Source of the DNA: the human T2T-CHM13v2.0 reference genome, Homo sapiens | Reading direction: 5' to 3' (one strand) | Assembly: GCF_009914755.1 (NCBI RefSeq) | Contig: NC_060928.1 | DNA: 64,000 nt | Shown here: in pieces, positions 41,800 through 57,990 of the stretch | Layout: each line of letters opens with the position of its first letter | Numbering within the stretch: the first letter of the stretch is position 1 | Translations under genes and position numbers: made by a program | The notes under the pieces: model-generated | Database searches by the model: none | The model's input: the letters and a program-made list of their open reading frames with translations, nothing else | Told to the model about the DNA's origin: nothing

Positions 41800-44360
41800 G
41801 TAGATCATTTATATTCACTGAGTATTTACTGAGCAATTACTGGGCGCCAGGCGCTATTCTATGTTCTTGAAGTTTTCATTCCAGCAGGAAGAGAAATCTA
41901 GAGTATGTCAGATGGTGATAAATATGGATTAGTTCAGCAATTTTAAAAAAGGATTTTTATGTACTGCACACTGTTACGAATATACAAAATCAGTCAAGAA
42001 TCCTGTTATAGTTTTTGTAATGTACAAAAAGTGAAGGTGTGTGCACCCACCCCATTTTTATAGAGGGTGATCAGGGAAAGCCTCAGGGATAAGGAAGCAT
42101 TTGAGCAGAAACCTACAGAAAGTTAGAGAAGGACATTTATCCGTGAGAAAAAATGTTGTAAGAAGAGAAAATGCTATATACAAAGGATTCTCCTGCCAGG
42201 TTCAAGGAACACTGAGTAGATCACTGTGGCTGGAGAGGGATAAGAGGGAAGAAAGTGGTAAGGAAAGAGGTTGGGGGTGTAGGCATTTGATTTTTATTCT
42301 AAATGAGAAGCCAGTGAGGCAGAAAAGTCACATAATGTGACCTAAAATATCTCTCAGACTCCTTTGTTGGGAATAGACTATAAGGGGGCAGGGGTGGAAG
42401 CAGGCTACCAGCTAGAAGGCTCTTGGAATAATTCAGGTGAGATGTGGTAGAGATCTGAACCTGATTGAAGCTGGTGGAGGTGGTGAAAGCAGTTGGATTC
42501 GAGACACGCTGAAGGTAGAATGGACAGGACTTGTGAATGGGTTGGATGTAGTGTGGTAAGTGAGGAGTCAAGGATGCCTGCAAAGTTTTTGGCTGAGTAA
42601 TGACAGAACAATGGAATGGCCACTGGCTGAGTTGGGAAAGACTTAAGAATAGATTGGGGGTGGGGTGCTGTGTGCAGAGGAATTTTGGTTTTAGACATTG
42701 TTTTAAATGTCTTTTAGACTTCCAAGTGGGGGTGTCACATAGGCATTAGCATGTATCAGACTCGAGTTCAGGAGAAAGGCCCAGCCTGAGAGCTACACAG
42801 GGGCGGCATCATCCTGAGACAGGAGAGTACCGTGCATTGAATGCAGACAGAGAAGAGGTACAAGGACCGAGCACTGACACATGCTTATGTTTAGATTTGG
42901 GGAGGTGAGGAGCCAGCAAATGAGGGAGCTGCCAGTATGGTTGGGTTAGGAGTAGTGACCTTCAAAGAAGGGTATTCCACTGGTGGATATATTAAAAAAT
43001 AAGCTGCGTGTGGTAGCTCAGGCCTGTAGCACTTCAAGATGCCAAGGCGGGGCAGCAGCATCTGAGCCCAGGAGCTCATGACTAGCGTGGGAAAGAGACT
43101 AGGTCTCCTCTACAAAAAATTAAGAAATAAAAATATGAACTGGGCATGGTAGCACATGCCTGTAGTCCTGGCTACTTAGGAGGCTAAGGCAGGAGGATCA
43201 CTTGAGCCCAGGAGTTGGAGGCTGCAGTGAGCTAAGATGGTGCTACTGCACTCCAGCCTGGGTGACAGAGCAAGACCCTGTCTCAAAAAGCAAGGGTAGT
43301 CCCCTAAACCAAATGAATAATAGTTTCAAGGAGCGATGATTAACTGTCCCGTGTTGCTGATAGGTGAAGTAAATGAGGGCTCAAAATGGACCAATAAAGA
43401 GAGAACTGATAACTTCCCCCAGAGTAGGTTCAGCGCGATGGTGGCAAGCCAAAGCCTGAAAGGAGTGGGTCCAACAGAGATTTGAAGAATTGAAGACAAC
43501 GATTCCAATTCTTCCTATCAGGTTTCCAGGAAAGTAATACGTGATAGTTTTAAGATGCAGGATATTATAGCTTCTTTTCCTGTTGATGGTTTGACAGGGA
43601 AAATTAATCAGAACATTCGGGTTTTAAGATGCAGGAAATTATAGCCTTTTTGTTAATGATAGGAATGTTTGAGAGGAAAAATAGAGGAGAGGACCTCGAG
43701 TAGGCAAGGGAGGATGGGGTCTTGGGCACACATTCAACCTTCCTTGGGTAGTTGGTAGGGCAGTGGGATTCTGTTAGTTATTTTGGTGGCTTCTATTTTC
43801 TCAGTGAAATAAACTGAGGATGAGGGTGGGGGTTGGGGGTTGAGAGATGAGAAAGTAGGATCGATGGGCATCCAGTGTGGCCAACTTGAGGTTAAAATAA
43901 GACAAGCTGCCATGGTTGTGTTTTTTCTCCAGCCACCTGATACTGAGCAGACTCTGGTAAGGAATAGGCAGTTTTAAAAATCTGCCTTAAGGTTAACAGA
44001 TAAATACAACAAATGGAGAGAAGGGCAGTGGAGTGGAGGATGCGGGGGTGATTGTAATGATGGGGAGTAGAATCTAAAGGCTCGGTAAAGAGAGAATCAG
44101 GAATGGAGTGGGTGAAGAATGAAAAAGGTGGTTACATTTGTGAATTGTAGGGGACTGTCGTGTTGAAAAAATTTTTGGGGTACTAGAGGGAAAGAGATGG
44201 AAGGATGAGTGATGATGTTAAGACAGTAGGATGCTTGAGATTGAGATTTGGGAGGTTTTCATTATTGGTACTGAGAAGGTACTAGTTTCTAGTTTGTCAA
44301 TCAATCCCTAATCTAGATCATTGAAAGAGTAAGTCAGGGAACTGAGAGGTTAGAGTATTG
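41800..44360 (-). mobile_element. Fragmented L2 LINE (interrupted by Alu)
   Basis: L2 3' end cattt...tatttactgagcaattactgggcgccagg; purine-rich body (ggtagaatggacaggacttg...ggagtcaaggatg...gtttttggctgag). Confidence 0.7.
43003..43289 (+). mobile_element. AluJ-like
   Basis: Diverged left arm, clear right arm. Confidence 0.85.
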
Positions 44361-44412
44361 TAGGGATCACCTACATATATATATATATACGTACATGTAT
44401 GTATATATATAA

Positions 44413-44714
<302 letters not shown>

Positions 44715-46641
44715 GACATTAAAATTAATTATGATAGGAATAGTTTGGACAGAATGCCATTAAGCTGGTAAGGTCAGTGTTTGAGGTAATGCAAAGGTCT
44801 TAGGACACTGCAGATTAGTTTATAGCAATCTGTTTTGCAGCTTTCATTTTTCCTTGGGTGTTATTCTACATACATGTTTGAGAGGTTATACAGAAACTCC
44901 ATTATTGAACTCCAAGAGGTGAGCTTAGCTAAATGTGAACTGGTAATGATTTTCTGTTAAATCCTGATTGGATCAAGGTTCTTCATTCATGAAAGAGCCT
45001 AGGCACTTAAACTGTGTTCTCAGAGAACAGAGGTATATAGATGCCATTTGGAAGCTACTATAGCAATTGAGTGACCAGATCCTAGGTAATATTTAGTGAA
45101 CTAGGTTTAAGTGGACTATGCCTTTAGTTAAGGAAAAAGATAAAATTTGGTATCTTCCTGTAGGGAGCTTGCTCTTTAATGAAAAATGTTCAGTAGTTGG
45201 AAGATAGTACCTCCTGAAACAGGTTAGTAGCACTCTGACACAACTGGTTGGAGTTTGAGACTGGAAATCCACATTTCTTATTACTGTCTTCAGGAAACTC
45301 CATTCACAACTGTATCATCTGAATTATAACCACCATATTCTTAGAGTTTGTGTCCAATTTCTGTCTTGGCTCTGATGTGCCCAGCTTCCTGAAGATACAT
45401 TCATATTAGGTTTCTGTAAGGAATGGATGAAAAGCCGATTCACCTTTTTTGTCCCCTTTCATTTGTTCCTTGATAAAAAATCCTTCTGGAATCCATATTA
45501 CTGATAAAGCATATAAAAAAAAAATCTTACAAACTATACAGTTGAGACTGTTGGATCACCAAGTGACAAAATTAAAGGAATCTAATGTTTCTAGCTAAAC
45601 AAATATTTAATGAGATACATGAATTTGGATATTTTTTAAGTGTGTTAACATTAGGGGCAGTATTTAGAAATGGTTGAGCCCGTTAGAAACTAAAGAAATC
45701 TGAGGAACAAAGCTCGAACTTCTAACATTTTATTTAAAATTTATAGCCTAAAATCATTTAAGATCAATGTGATTTGGTCACTTTTTCTAATAAAATATGT
45801 GTGAGCTAACTGTAACTGTAATGTTTTAATATAAAACAAGTTAATAGTTCAGATGGTTCCAGGGCCTGGAGCTACTTACCTAACTAAAATGGCAGTTCCT
45901 TAAAACCTAAGACCTCCCCATTAAGAGCTGTAAAAGTTCCTGCACAGTTATGAAAGGGAAGCTGAAGATCTTTTCAGTTTCATTTTGGTTAAGATATTAT
46001 ACAAAATATACCTACCTTGAAGAAAGCATCTTACCTGCCTCCAAAGGCAACATGAGCCATTGGCAGAAAGGAACAGATTTTGTTTGTGGCAGAGATTTTT
46101 GACCCCAGAAGACTTTTTGTCTGAGAAGTCAAGAATCCTTAACTCCCAGGCATCTTATCAGTTTCCCAGCTCTTGCCAGTTTGATTCTGTCTAGCATTGA
46201 AGAACATGTGACAGGGTCATTTTATTCACAAAGTGCAATTCCAAAGGTTTGTGTTACTGAGGGGGATATACATCCATAAAATACATGCCCTTAAGAAGCT
46301 TGCAGCCTAATTGGGGAGATGAGGAATGCTACTTATATTTAAAATTCTAAGTGTTGTCTTTTAATAGTTTACTCATACCCTTATATAAAAAAGAGTAAGT
46401 ACCTCAAATATATTTTAAGGGGACAGCTGACAGAACTTTGGAGAACTACTGTCTAGTCAATAAGTTATTTGAGTAAATCACATCAATTTTACACAATGTG
46501 GAGGTTTAACTAGATGACCTGGGATGGGGGGACGGTGCTTTTCCATGTTGAACTTCATAGAAAGGGGAAAAAAGCTTATACACTCCTCAGCCCCATCCAG
46601 GAAGTTTGCTATTCTGCATTTCATGGTCTGCCCTCTACCTA

Positions 46642-46931
46642 TTTTTTTTTTTTTTTTTTGGAGACGGAGTCTCGCTCTTGTTGCCCAGGCCGGTGTGCAA
46701 TGGCTATCTACTGCAACCTCCACCTGAGTTCAAGCGATTCTCCTGCCTCAGCCTCCCAAGTAGCTGGGATTACAGGCGCCTGCCATCACACCCAGCTAAT
46801 TTTGTATATTTAGTAGAGATGGGGTTTCACCACGTTGGCCAGGCTGCTCATGAACTCCAGACCTCAGGTGATCCGCCCACCTCAGCCTCCCAAAGTGCTG
46901 GGGTTACAGGCGTGAGCCACCACGCCCGGCC
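46642..46931 (-). mobile_element. Alu (AluS-like)
   Basis: Reverse Alu with target-site duplication ctgccctctac. Confidence 0.92.
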
Positions 46932-47602
46932 CTGCCCTCTACTTTTAAGGTGAAGGACATGTAATCAGGTTTAAGGAAAATCTGGATCTAGTAAAACACA
47001 GCTATCCACAGATTCGTACTAAACATCCATTGAAATAATTTGCAATGAAAAACTTTAAAATCTAAAGTAATGGTATACTGATTACTATCTTATACTAAAA
47101 CTATATACTATGTATCAATATACTAGACTGTATTAGTAAATGACTGAGTCAAGAGAAGATTTAAAATAATATACCTAATGGGATAACTGGACTACTTACT
47201 GGGAGTCACCTGGAGCTACTACTCAAAATGCAGTTTGGGTAGGTCGGGGTCAGGCACCCTGGAAGAGTGCTTATTGCAGTGTCATGAGTCTCCTTCTAAG
47301 TTTCCTTCTGTTCCCCTCTTCTCCTGCCATAAACCCGATCCTTAAAGCTACAGCTATTAACTCAAGACTCAGAAGAAATATTCTTAGTTGCCCATATGAT
47401 AAATATTGAAACAGGACTCTGTAAGGATGGTCTAGTTATAGCCACAGGCATTAGACAGTGGCTTCCTGTGACATATCAGAGGGTGACTTTAATTGTCCTC
47501 CAAAATGTGATTAGGGTCACCATTTAGGTGATTTGACTGCCATTTTTTTGCACATTAAAGAAGGAAAACCAGGCAGAACCTTATAAACGTTTTTAGTAAA
47601 TG

Positions 47603-47608
47603 TTTATT
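47603..47608 (-). terminator. HPF1: HPF1 poly(A) signal AATAAA
   Basis: tttatt on + strand about 86 nt past the stop; implies a short 3'UTR ending near 47585. Confidence 0.8.
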
Positions 47609-47693
47609 TTTTGTATTCCTTAAAAACAAAACAAAAATCACAAGTTTAATACTAGTCCTTTGAAATACTGTACACCAATCAAAGCCACCTTAC

Positions 47694-47846
<153 letters not shown>

Positions 47847-48631
47847 TTAAGCAGAGAATATAGCAGATATCCTAATAAGTAGCAGAAAATATATCAACAA
47901 AGCACTTGTTTAACAAAGGCTACTTCCAAAATCATTTTAGCTACACCCTCAGGTGGTTAGTGAACATAATTTAAGGACAGGCGCCTGGCATTCTAAGAGG
48001 CAGTCTTGTTGCTCTAGATGACTAATGGCATATCTTGAAAATTAAGAAAACCAAATTAAATCGAGCTTCCTTATTCCCTTAGGTTTTATCAACTTTTTCT
48101 CACCCCAAACAATGCCCACAAATACTTTTTATTCTCTCTAGTGTATTCCCAGGCAAAAGTTTAAGCTTTATTTTCCTCAATTCTGTAAGAATAGCTATGC
48201 TGAAAGTTTTCAGATCGTATTGCCTTTATCCTCAAATTCCTTCTCTCCCCCATCCCCAACACGTACCGCCTCCCAATCCCTGTTAAGAGTCACTGCCTTA
48301 GGCTTATCAAAAGATTTGAGATTACTGCTATTATCTACATATACCACCGTTTTGCTGATCATAATAAACATTTAGCCCTTAACATGCGGTAAGCACTGTG
48401 CTAAACCTTTTTATAACTCATACATGTTATTTCATTCTCACAACAAGCAAGTTTGCTATTCACTGGTTCACATCTTATGGCTCTACTTATTTATGGCTAG
48501 GGCCTCTCTAGCAGGTCAAGTACTATTTGGATTGGTCAATGACTGTCATTCTGGCTGTTAAGCATTTTGATTATTTTTACTGATAACTATCTATGAGGTG
48601 GGCAAAGAAAAGTAGTATAATATGGTTTATA

Positions 48632-48983
48632 GCAGGGTTCTCAAAATGTACACCCCCGACCAGGAGCATCAACTTCACTTGGCAACTTGTTGGAAATGCA
48701 AATTCTCAGGACCCACCCTAGAACTCAATCAAACTTGGGGAGGGTGGGAAGACTGCCAGTGTGCGTTTGGACAAGTCTTCCCATTGACGCTGATGCACGC
48801 TAAAGCTGGAGAGCTACTGGTTTGGTCTTGCTTTTCCCAGTGTGGTCTGTAGAGCAGCAGCATGACCGTCACCTGGGAGCATGACAGATATGCAGTCTCA
48901 GATCTCATGCTGGACCTACCGATAGAGTGCATTTTAACAATGTCTGCAGGTGAGTCATATGCATTTTAGTTTGGGAATTACTG
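48632..48983. mobile_element. Two tandem MER5-type (hAT-Charlie) MITEs
   Basis: cagggttctcaaa...ttggaaatgcaaattctcagg...gagagctactg followed by a second related copy ending agtttgggaattactg. Confidence 0.7.
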
Positions 48984-49819
48984 CACTGATTTAGGCACTG
49001 ATTCTGGAGCCAGACTGCTTGTGTGAACCTGGGCAAGATGCTTTGCCTCTCTGTGACTTGGTTACAAAGTAGGTTAAATGAGAATTAAATGATCTGCGTG
49101 TGGGTATGCACTCGTGCACATGTGCACACATATCTTACAGGTAAAGAAACAGATGCAAAGGTGTTGGAAAGCTTGCCCGATCTTACACACTGGGAAGATG
49201 TGATTTACAACCAGTTTGGCCCCAGAAACAGGTCATATCCGCTACACCTTATTGCCTCTTTGATCTTCAGGCAACTATGGTCGAGTAAGCACTGGTTTAG
49301 CTATTAAGTAAAATTTTCTTATTTAATGAGCAATTAGTTAACGGTAAAACAGCATCTCTTATAAAGCTTAAATAATTTAAAGTGCATTTTTCATCTAAGA
49401 ATTTAAGCACAATAACAAATACCCCCACCACAATGGAAACGAAATGGAGCCTAAGGTGTGTGCACACACCCCCATACCTAGCCCCAAACGTACACACACG
49501 GCAAGAAGGCATGTCCCTATAATGTGTCTAATGAGTAAATTCACTTTAATGTAAGCCTGAATGCAAATAATCTTCACCTTTGAGTGAATGCAAATATTCA
49601 CCTTTGCCAGAATATAAGATGAGTTTAAAACATTTTTAGGACATCTACGTTAAAAAAAATCACTTCAAAAACTTCATTTTGAAATACAAGCTGAATCCCT
49701 GTCTTACCTCTGCTGGAATTTGGGGGTATAAATGTGCACGTATTCATGTGTGGATGTATGTCGCGGGGAGAGGAGGGAGGTGTGGCAGTGGGTAGAAGGT
49801 GGAGGGTTTTTTTACTCAC

Positions 49820-49992
49820 ATGTGAGCCATAGCAAAAGAGATCCATTCCCAATTCAAGCCCCATGCCATAATCACATTCATCATTAGCAAACTGCACAAA
49901 AGTCATCATTTCCTGAATGGGAGCAAAAGCTTTTAGTCTCTCCTCATCACTTGCAGCCTCAACTATTGTCTTGCAAATTCTCTTGAGGTCAG
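49820..49992 (-). CDS. HPF1: HPF1 coding exon (173 nt): [10 protein letters not shown]...[27 protein letters not shown], including D283 and catalytic E284
   Basis: ctttcag|CT ... CAT|gtgagt; phase 1-0; counting back from a 346-aa end places ANDE at D283/E284. Confidence 0.97.
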
Positions 49993-50165
49993 CTGAAAGA
50001 AATCAATAATATAAAAGATTATCTACATAGTTAGAAAATGAATCAGTCTTCAAAAGTAAGAAGATTATAAAGAGGGTTTTTCCTCCTAAGACTTTGTACT
50101 AATACAACTTGTGCCACCTTGGGTAGTAGTCTTCAGCACTCTAATTTAGAATGGCAATTTGGTAA

Positions 50166-50550
<385 letters not shown>

Positions 50551-50633
50551 GATACAGTCATGATTTTTTTAAAAAGTCTATTCCATGGTGGTCATCATGC
50601 ATTTACGTAAGCTTTAAAGATTCAGCAGACTAG

Positions 50634-50810
50634 TCCAGGAGTTGGCAAACTTTGGGCAAACCTGGCTCACCCTGTGTTTAACTGCCCTCAAACTAAGTTT
50701 TTTTCATTTTTAAATGGTTGAAAAATCAAACAAGAATGTGATAGATTATGTAGCCCACAAAGTGTAAAACATTTACTATCTGGCTGTACATGGAAAGTCT
50801 GCCAGCCTGG
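50634..50810. mobile_element. MER58-like hAT MITE
   Basis: ccaggagttggcaaact...acatttactatctggc...gaaagtctgccagcctgg with inverted termini. Confidence 0.6.
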
Positions 50811-50823
50811 TTCATGCACTATA

Positions 50824-51099
50824 TAGTTGCCTCTGTATCTGAGGGTTCTACATCCTTCGATTAAACCAAGTGCGGATTGAAATACTCAGGAAAAAAATAA
50901 AACATACGGATTTTAAAAATACAGTATAACAACTATTTACATAGTGTCTACTTTATATTAGGTATTCTAAGTAATCTAGAAATGATTTGAAATATACAGG
51001 AGGATGTGCGTAAGTTATGCAAATTCTACACCAACTTATTTGAGGGACTTGAGCATCAGATTCTGGGTATCCTTCGAGGTCCTGATACTAAGACAACTG
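50824..51099. mobile_element. MER2-like (Tigger family) MITE
   Basis: ctctgtatctgagggttctacatcc...cagtataacaactatttacatag...gggacttgagcatc...gatactaagacaactg. Confidence 0.7.
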
Positions 51100-51723
51100 G
51101 ATTAAAAAATAATCCAAGTAGGCAAAATTTATTCTTTTTGCCCTGTCCTACCTTGTTTGCTAAAAAAAATTACTGACTTGTGACTTGTGGTGAACTAAAC
51201 CCAGAAAAAGACAACAATGTAAGAGACAAGAAATCACTGCAGAATTAAACCTTTAACTAAAACCTTCACCAAATTGGGAGAAGAGTAGGCATGGCAAGCA
51301 TGCGTTTGAGGTAAGAATAGAGAGAAAATGTCTAATATTTACCTAAAGAATATATTTTTACAAATTAACATTTCAATTTTGGCTTTCAAGATTTTTTTCA
51401 TTCTTTCTGGATGTTAATGTACATCCGATTTCAGGACGCAAATGAGATGGAAGTATGAACAATATCTATTTAGACTTCCTTTTGACAAATTGTATGTCCT
51501 TTTTAACAAACAGTACTTCTTTGAGAATGAAAAGAATGGATATTATTCAAACAAACCAACAAAACATTTCCAAACAGGTGGCTGCCATACTGGGGGAGAG
51601 GAAGACTGGTTAAAACATTAACAATTATACTCAAGAATGATAGGTGATGTTAAATTCTATGTATGAGGCACAACGTTCTGATGAGACTAACGAAAAATAT
51701 CAGGTATGATATTACCAGGGACG

Positions 51724-52027
51724 GGCTGAGCGCAGTGGCTCACGCCTGTAATCCTAGTGGGAGGATTTGGGAGGCTGAGGCAGGAGGACTGCTTGAACCC
51801 AGGAATTGGAGACCAGCCTGGGCAATGTGGTGAGACCCTGTCTCTACAAAAAATAGAGAAATTAGCTGGACTTGGTGGTGGACACCTGTAGTCCCAGCTA
51901 CTTGGGAGGCTGAGGTGGGAGGATCACCCAGTGCAGGAGGTGCAGGCTGCAGTGAGCCGTGGTCATGCCACTGCACTCCAGCCTGGGTGACAGAGTAAGA
52001 CCCTGTCTCAAAAAAAAAAAAAAAAAA
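51724..52027 (+). mobile_element. AluJ-like
   Basis: Full Alu with target-site duplication attacca(g/a)gga. Confidence 0.92.
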
Positions 52028-52985
52028 TTACCAAGGATGGTATTAAAAATATACTATATACTAGTGCTTTTAACCCCAGTCTATGAATAACATTTGGTTC
52101 AGTCTTGACGACAGTACAGAATACATGCTGTTACCCCAGTCACAAAATGTGTTGTTCCCTTTCCCACTTTTGGTGGACCAGTATCGCATTGAACGAATGG
52201 CAAACTGCACCACCTACGTTTCTAACTATCTATAAACAGTAGTGACATATTTGTTGGTTTGAAACCTTTTACAAATTAAATTATTTTACATGAGCTTCAT
52301 GACATTCCTTTCTTCAGAAAAATCAGTGCTGATCATTTCAAGAAAACAGATGAAGCTTTCTCCAAAAAGCTCCTTAAGGATGGAAAATAAGTGGTTCCTC
52401 CCTGTTATCGTGGGTGTAACTGATTGACTGGGACCCTTAGAATCTCTCTCGCTGTGCTCCAGTCAGCCACTACAAATCAGGGTGGGTATGGAAGTGAAGA
52501 ATTTAAAGTTTATCGCTTTCCAGTATCTTATTTTCTATTTTTACACCTGGCAAGTCACATATGGACTAAAAAGAATAAGCAACTTATGCGAATTACTAAG
52601 CTAGAAAAACACTGAAGAACAGAGATGAAAATATTCAGCTCACCATCAGTACAAGGAAAAATATGTTCTTCCAGCAATAAAACATTCTACAGAAATTTCA
52701 TTTAACTGAAACCCAAACTTAAAGAACATGAGTGAAGCCTTAAGTTAACTATTCAAAAATGATGACTTAAATGTTTCTACTCAAAATACTCAATTTAATG
52801 AGTTAGGAGTTTCACTGCTGAATTCTTACTATATCCCTGCCACTACTATCAACTAGAATACTTAAATTAAGCTACAGTAGTTCTGTCAAGGTAAAAATCA
52901 GGCAACTAGGCAGGCAACTCTTCTTACTTCGGATAGTAGTATGCACTCTACAGTCAGAAAACCAAGTATGAAAACCAGTGCCCTC

Positions 52986-53280
<295 letters not shown>

Positions 53281-54210
53281 CCAGAGCCCTTACTGACTAA
53301 TGCTAAGCACCGTGAGTCTATTTCCTTTGTGAACATGGGAATAAGACCTACAATAAAGAGTTGGGTGAGAATTAAATACATCACTTGTTAAAGTGAATCA
53401 TGACACTGACATTTAAGAATTGCTCAATAAAACGTATCTTATTTGCTAAGTTAAAGCGTTATTGTGAGAAGCTTCAAAGGGTTAAGAACAAACTTAGTTG
53501 TGATTTGCTAATCATTGTCACATTAACAAACTGCCAGTCAGTTATACCTCTTGGCAAATGACACTGGCAAGAGCAAGAAGATTAGGTCCTTCAGTCTTAA
53601 TGTTTTGCTACCACTTCAAAACTAATTAAATACAGAAGGATCTAATGCCTAGAATAGTAGACTTGGATATAAAACCCCAGAACCACAACTACCGCAGGGT
53701 AACAGGCTTTACTCCAGGGCACTACAATTTAACATCCATCACCCCAAAAGCTTTAGAGACTGCCCATCTCTACAACAAATGTGCGCAACCTTTCCCAAAC
53801 GAGATAGTAATCATGCTTTTTAAAGCTCTCTCTGTGAGCAGAGACATGAAGAGAAGATGACTTAGTGTAGAAGCAGAAGACTGACCAGTAGCTAGGGCCC
53901 ACAATGGTCCCATCAGAGACTAATTGACTCTGGCTTCAAAGAGGAGATATAGGACAGATCAGCCTGTCTAAGAGAAATACAGTGTGGGTTACATTTTTTC
54001 CAGTATCCACATGAAAAAAGAAACAGGTGGGGCAGGAGAAGGAGCTAAAAAAAAAAAAAAAAACCAACAACAAAAAACAGGTGAAATTAAGATATTTTAT
54101 TTAACCCATATTTCCAAAATAGTATTATGTCAACATATAATCAATGTAAGAAACATTTAATCCTGTTTTAATTTACAAACTTAAACTAATTAAAATTATA
54201 GAAAATTACA

Positions 54211-54495
<285 letters not shown>

Positions 54496-55178
54496 TAAAA
54501 AATAAATACGAGTTACAAATTTTGTTGCAGGAGCCACCTGTGAGGCACTCAGTGGCCATCACACTGGACAGCTCAGCCACATTCGTCTTCCCTATGGCAC
54601 TCCTCTAAGTGGCAGGGGTACAGCAAAAACAGGTCCGTATGAGTAGCTGCCATCTAAGACATCTCTACCTACTGGCTGGAGACTCTGCACAGTAAAATTT
54701 GAGAAGAACTGCTTTAGAGAATTGGTTTAAATGCAGATGTCCAGGTCACAACCCCCAGAGACTGGTAACTACCAAGGCTAGTTAGTTCTGTTCTGAAAAG
54801 CAGACGGCCAAATACGTGCATTGGGCAGGAATATGTGGTTCTTTGAGAAGATGCTAAGTTTGATTTCCCTTTAAGTTTTATCCCCCCAGAAGAGGATGAT
54901 CAATAAAGGAATACCAGCAGGGCTGTTCACGATAAGGGAATGGAGACAAGGGGAAAAGAATTGAGAAGCGATTTTAATTCTCGATGTTTAACGTAGCAAT
55001 AACTAGATTATGTGCAGTGGTCCATTTTCAAAGTGTTTTTATACTTACAGATGACGTAGTTCAGGATCTTGGGCTTCTGAAAGCTAAATCATTTTATAGG
55101 CAGATGAAAAAATGTTCACAAAGAACCATAAAAACACAATTTCAATAATTACTACTTTGCAAGTTGACTGTAATGTCA

Positions 55179-55473
<295 letters not shown>

Positions 55474-55740
55474 TTAAGTATTTTAATACTTGTTTACACC
55501 ACAAATTCCTTTATGAAGTGCATATGATTAGCTCCATTTTACAGATGAAAAAGACAAGATTTCACAGGGTTAAATAATTTGTTCAAGGCCACACAGCTAT
55601 GAACTCGGTTTTAATTCAGGAATGACTGACTCTAAAACCTCAGCTTACTCTTTATTACTAAGGTCTAGCGACTGTGTCAGAAAAGGTATATAGACATACC
55701 TACTTCCCAATATAAGCAAAACCTTTATTCATGTGCATTA

Positions 55741-55863
<123 letters not shown>

Positions 55864-56892
55864 CTACATTAAAGAAAAGAATAAAATGTAATCATGGTAA
55901 GCAGACATCAAAAAAAAAAATCCCCAAATACATAAACCCTCAACATTTCTGCCAAAATGTAACATTTAATCACATTTTATTTCAGTAAATTTGGACTCCA
56001 GGGTAAAAATTTAACACTATTTTTTTCTTGAAAATCAGCTAAAAGTTAAACAGTTGAAGTAATCACAGAACAGTGAAATAATTGGCTTTTCTTAATTGTG
56101 CCAGTCACTTGGAAGTCTGCACCCTGATTTGTTAAGGAAGAACCCAATACATCCTAGAAGGCAAGTCAAAATATTGGTTTCCTCTAAGGTCAAAGTACCT
56201 TCTGGTAGAAAGCACAGAGGAACCTGGTTCTAAAAGAAAAAGAGTAAGAAATAGTTCTTGTCAGCAAGAAGATATGGTAGGACAGAACTCCTCTCATCCA
56301 TCCTGCCAAATTGAGACTCCCCTATTTTTACCTGGAATATTTAGGCTTCTCTGCAAACTTCCCAAAAGTAGGGCAGTTTCTAGGTTTGTGGTGTCCTTTA
56401 TGGAGGCAAATCACATAACCAGTGAGCTTTTATTAAGTGGTAGTCTTCAAAGACAAAAACAGGCCCAACTACAACTACCACCATAACCCTTCCAGTTTCC
56501 ATTCTTCCTTTAGCTCATGTTAGTGACATTATTTTTAGGTCTTTCCTTAGCGAAACATCTGTACAAATATTCCAGTTCTTTGTGCAATTCAGTGAAAAGT
56601 TTCCAAGGCAGAGGAAGGACACAACCCAAAAACCAAACTCCAATTTTAAAGGCCTCTCACCTAAGTCTCTATATCTTAAAGATTTTTTTCTCTCTAATCT
56701 CCCTATTCTCCCAGTCTCTTGCTTCTTTCATTATCCTTTATTAAGCTGCCAGAAAGGGCAGATTATTCAAAGGAAGTTATCAGACAACTGCTTACCACTT
56801 GGGAAAAAAATGAAGTCATTGTCTTCTATCTTAATCTTTCTATCAAGATAATCTGCAGCTGGATTTCAGAATTAAATGTAAAAATAAAACCA

Positions 56893-57267
56893 TACACATA
56901 TACACCATGGAATACTATGCAGCCATAAAAAAGGATGAGTTCATGTCCTTTGTAGGGACATGGATGAAGCTGGAACCCATCATTCTCAGCAAACTACCAC
57001 AAGGACAAAAAACCAAACACTACATGTTCTCACTCATAGGTGGGAATTGAACAATGAGAACACTTGGACACAGAGTGGGGAACATCACACACTGGGGCCT
57101 GTGGTGGGGTGGGGGGAGGAGGGAGGGATAGCATTAGGAGATATACCTAATGTAAATGACGAGTTAATGGATGCAGCACACCAACATGGCACATGTATAC
57201 ATATGTAACAAACCTGCACGTTGTGCACATGTACCCTAAAATTTAAAGCATAATAAATAAAAAATAA
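56893..57267 (+). mobile_element. 5'-truncated L1PA 3' end
   Basis: cacatatacaccatggaatactatgcagcc...gtaccctaaaatttaaagcataataaa; similar flanks aaaaataaa(ac/ga)cata. Confidence 0.93.
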
Positions 57268-57269
57268 AG

Positions 57270-57990
57270 ACATAAAACTACTCGAAGGTAAATTTTAAAA
57301 AATAATTTTGTGATAGAGAAGAGTTGACTATATAAAAATAAAAAGTCTATCCAGTGAAATCAAGTACACAAGACAAATTAACTGATAAAATATATCTGCA
57401 AAATGTAATAGTAAATAAAAATTAATGTCTTTAAACTATAAGGGAGTCTAACAAAGGAAAAGACTAACATCCAAATTAGAACACATGTAAGAAAAAGACT
57501 AATTCTAACCCTGATAGAGAAATGGGCAGAGTTCAGGCAGTTAAAAAAAAAATACAATGGCCAACAGAGAAAAGTATTTAACGTCCTTTATAATTAAAGA
57601 AATGCTAATTAAAACTGCAGAATTTTATACCTACCAGCATGGAAAAAACTAAAAAGACTAAAGAAAACCCCCCAAAATTAGAAACAAGCAAAGAAAAACT
57701 ACAAACACACCTACACACACACAAACTACTTTGGACCTGGCAATACTACGTCTAGGAATTTCTTCTAAAAAAATAACCAGATAAGTATGAGAATAAAGGT
57801 ATAAAAGGATATCTATGGCAGGATTGTGTTTGTGAAAAATCTTAAGCAACCCAAACTTTGACCATAAGCACAGTATTCTGCAGCCGCTCAAAATTATGAG
57901 GTAGATCTTAAATTGGCAATATGAAATGATAAAGATACCATATTCATAAGTGTAAAAAGCAGGACATAAAGCACTGATAATGAAAGAAAA
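57270..57990 (+). mobile_element. Old L1M fragments (A-rich)
   Basis: aaatgggcag...aaatggccaa...aattaaagaaatgctaattaaaac...gacctggcaatactacgtctaggaattt resemble the L1 ORF2 3' region. Confidence 0.55.
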
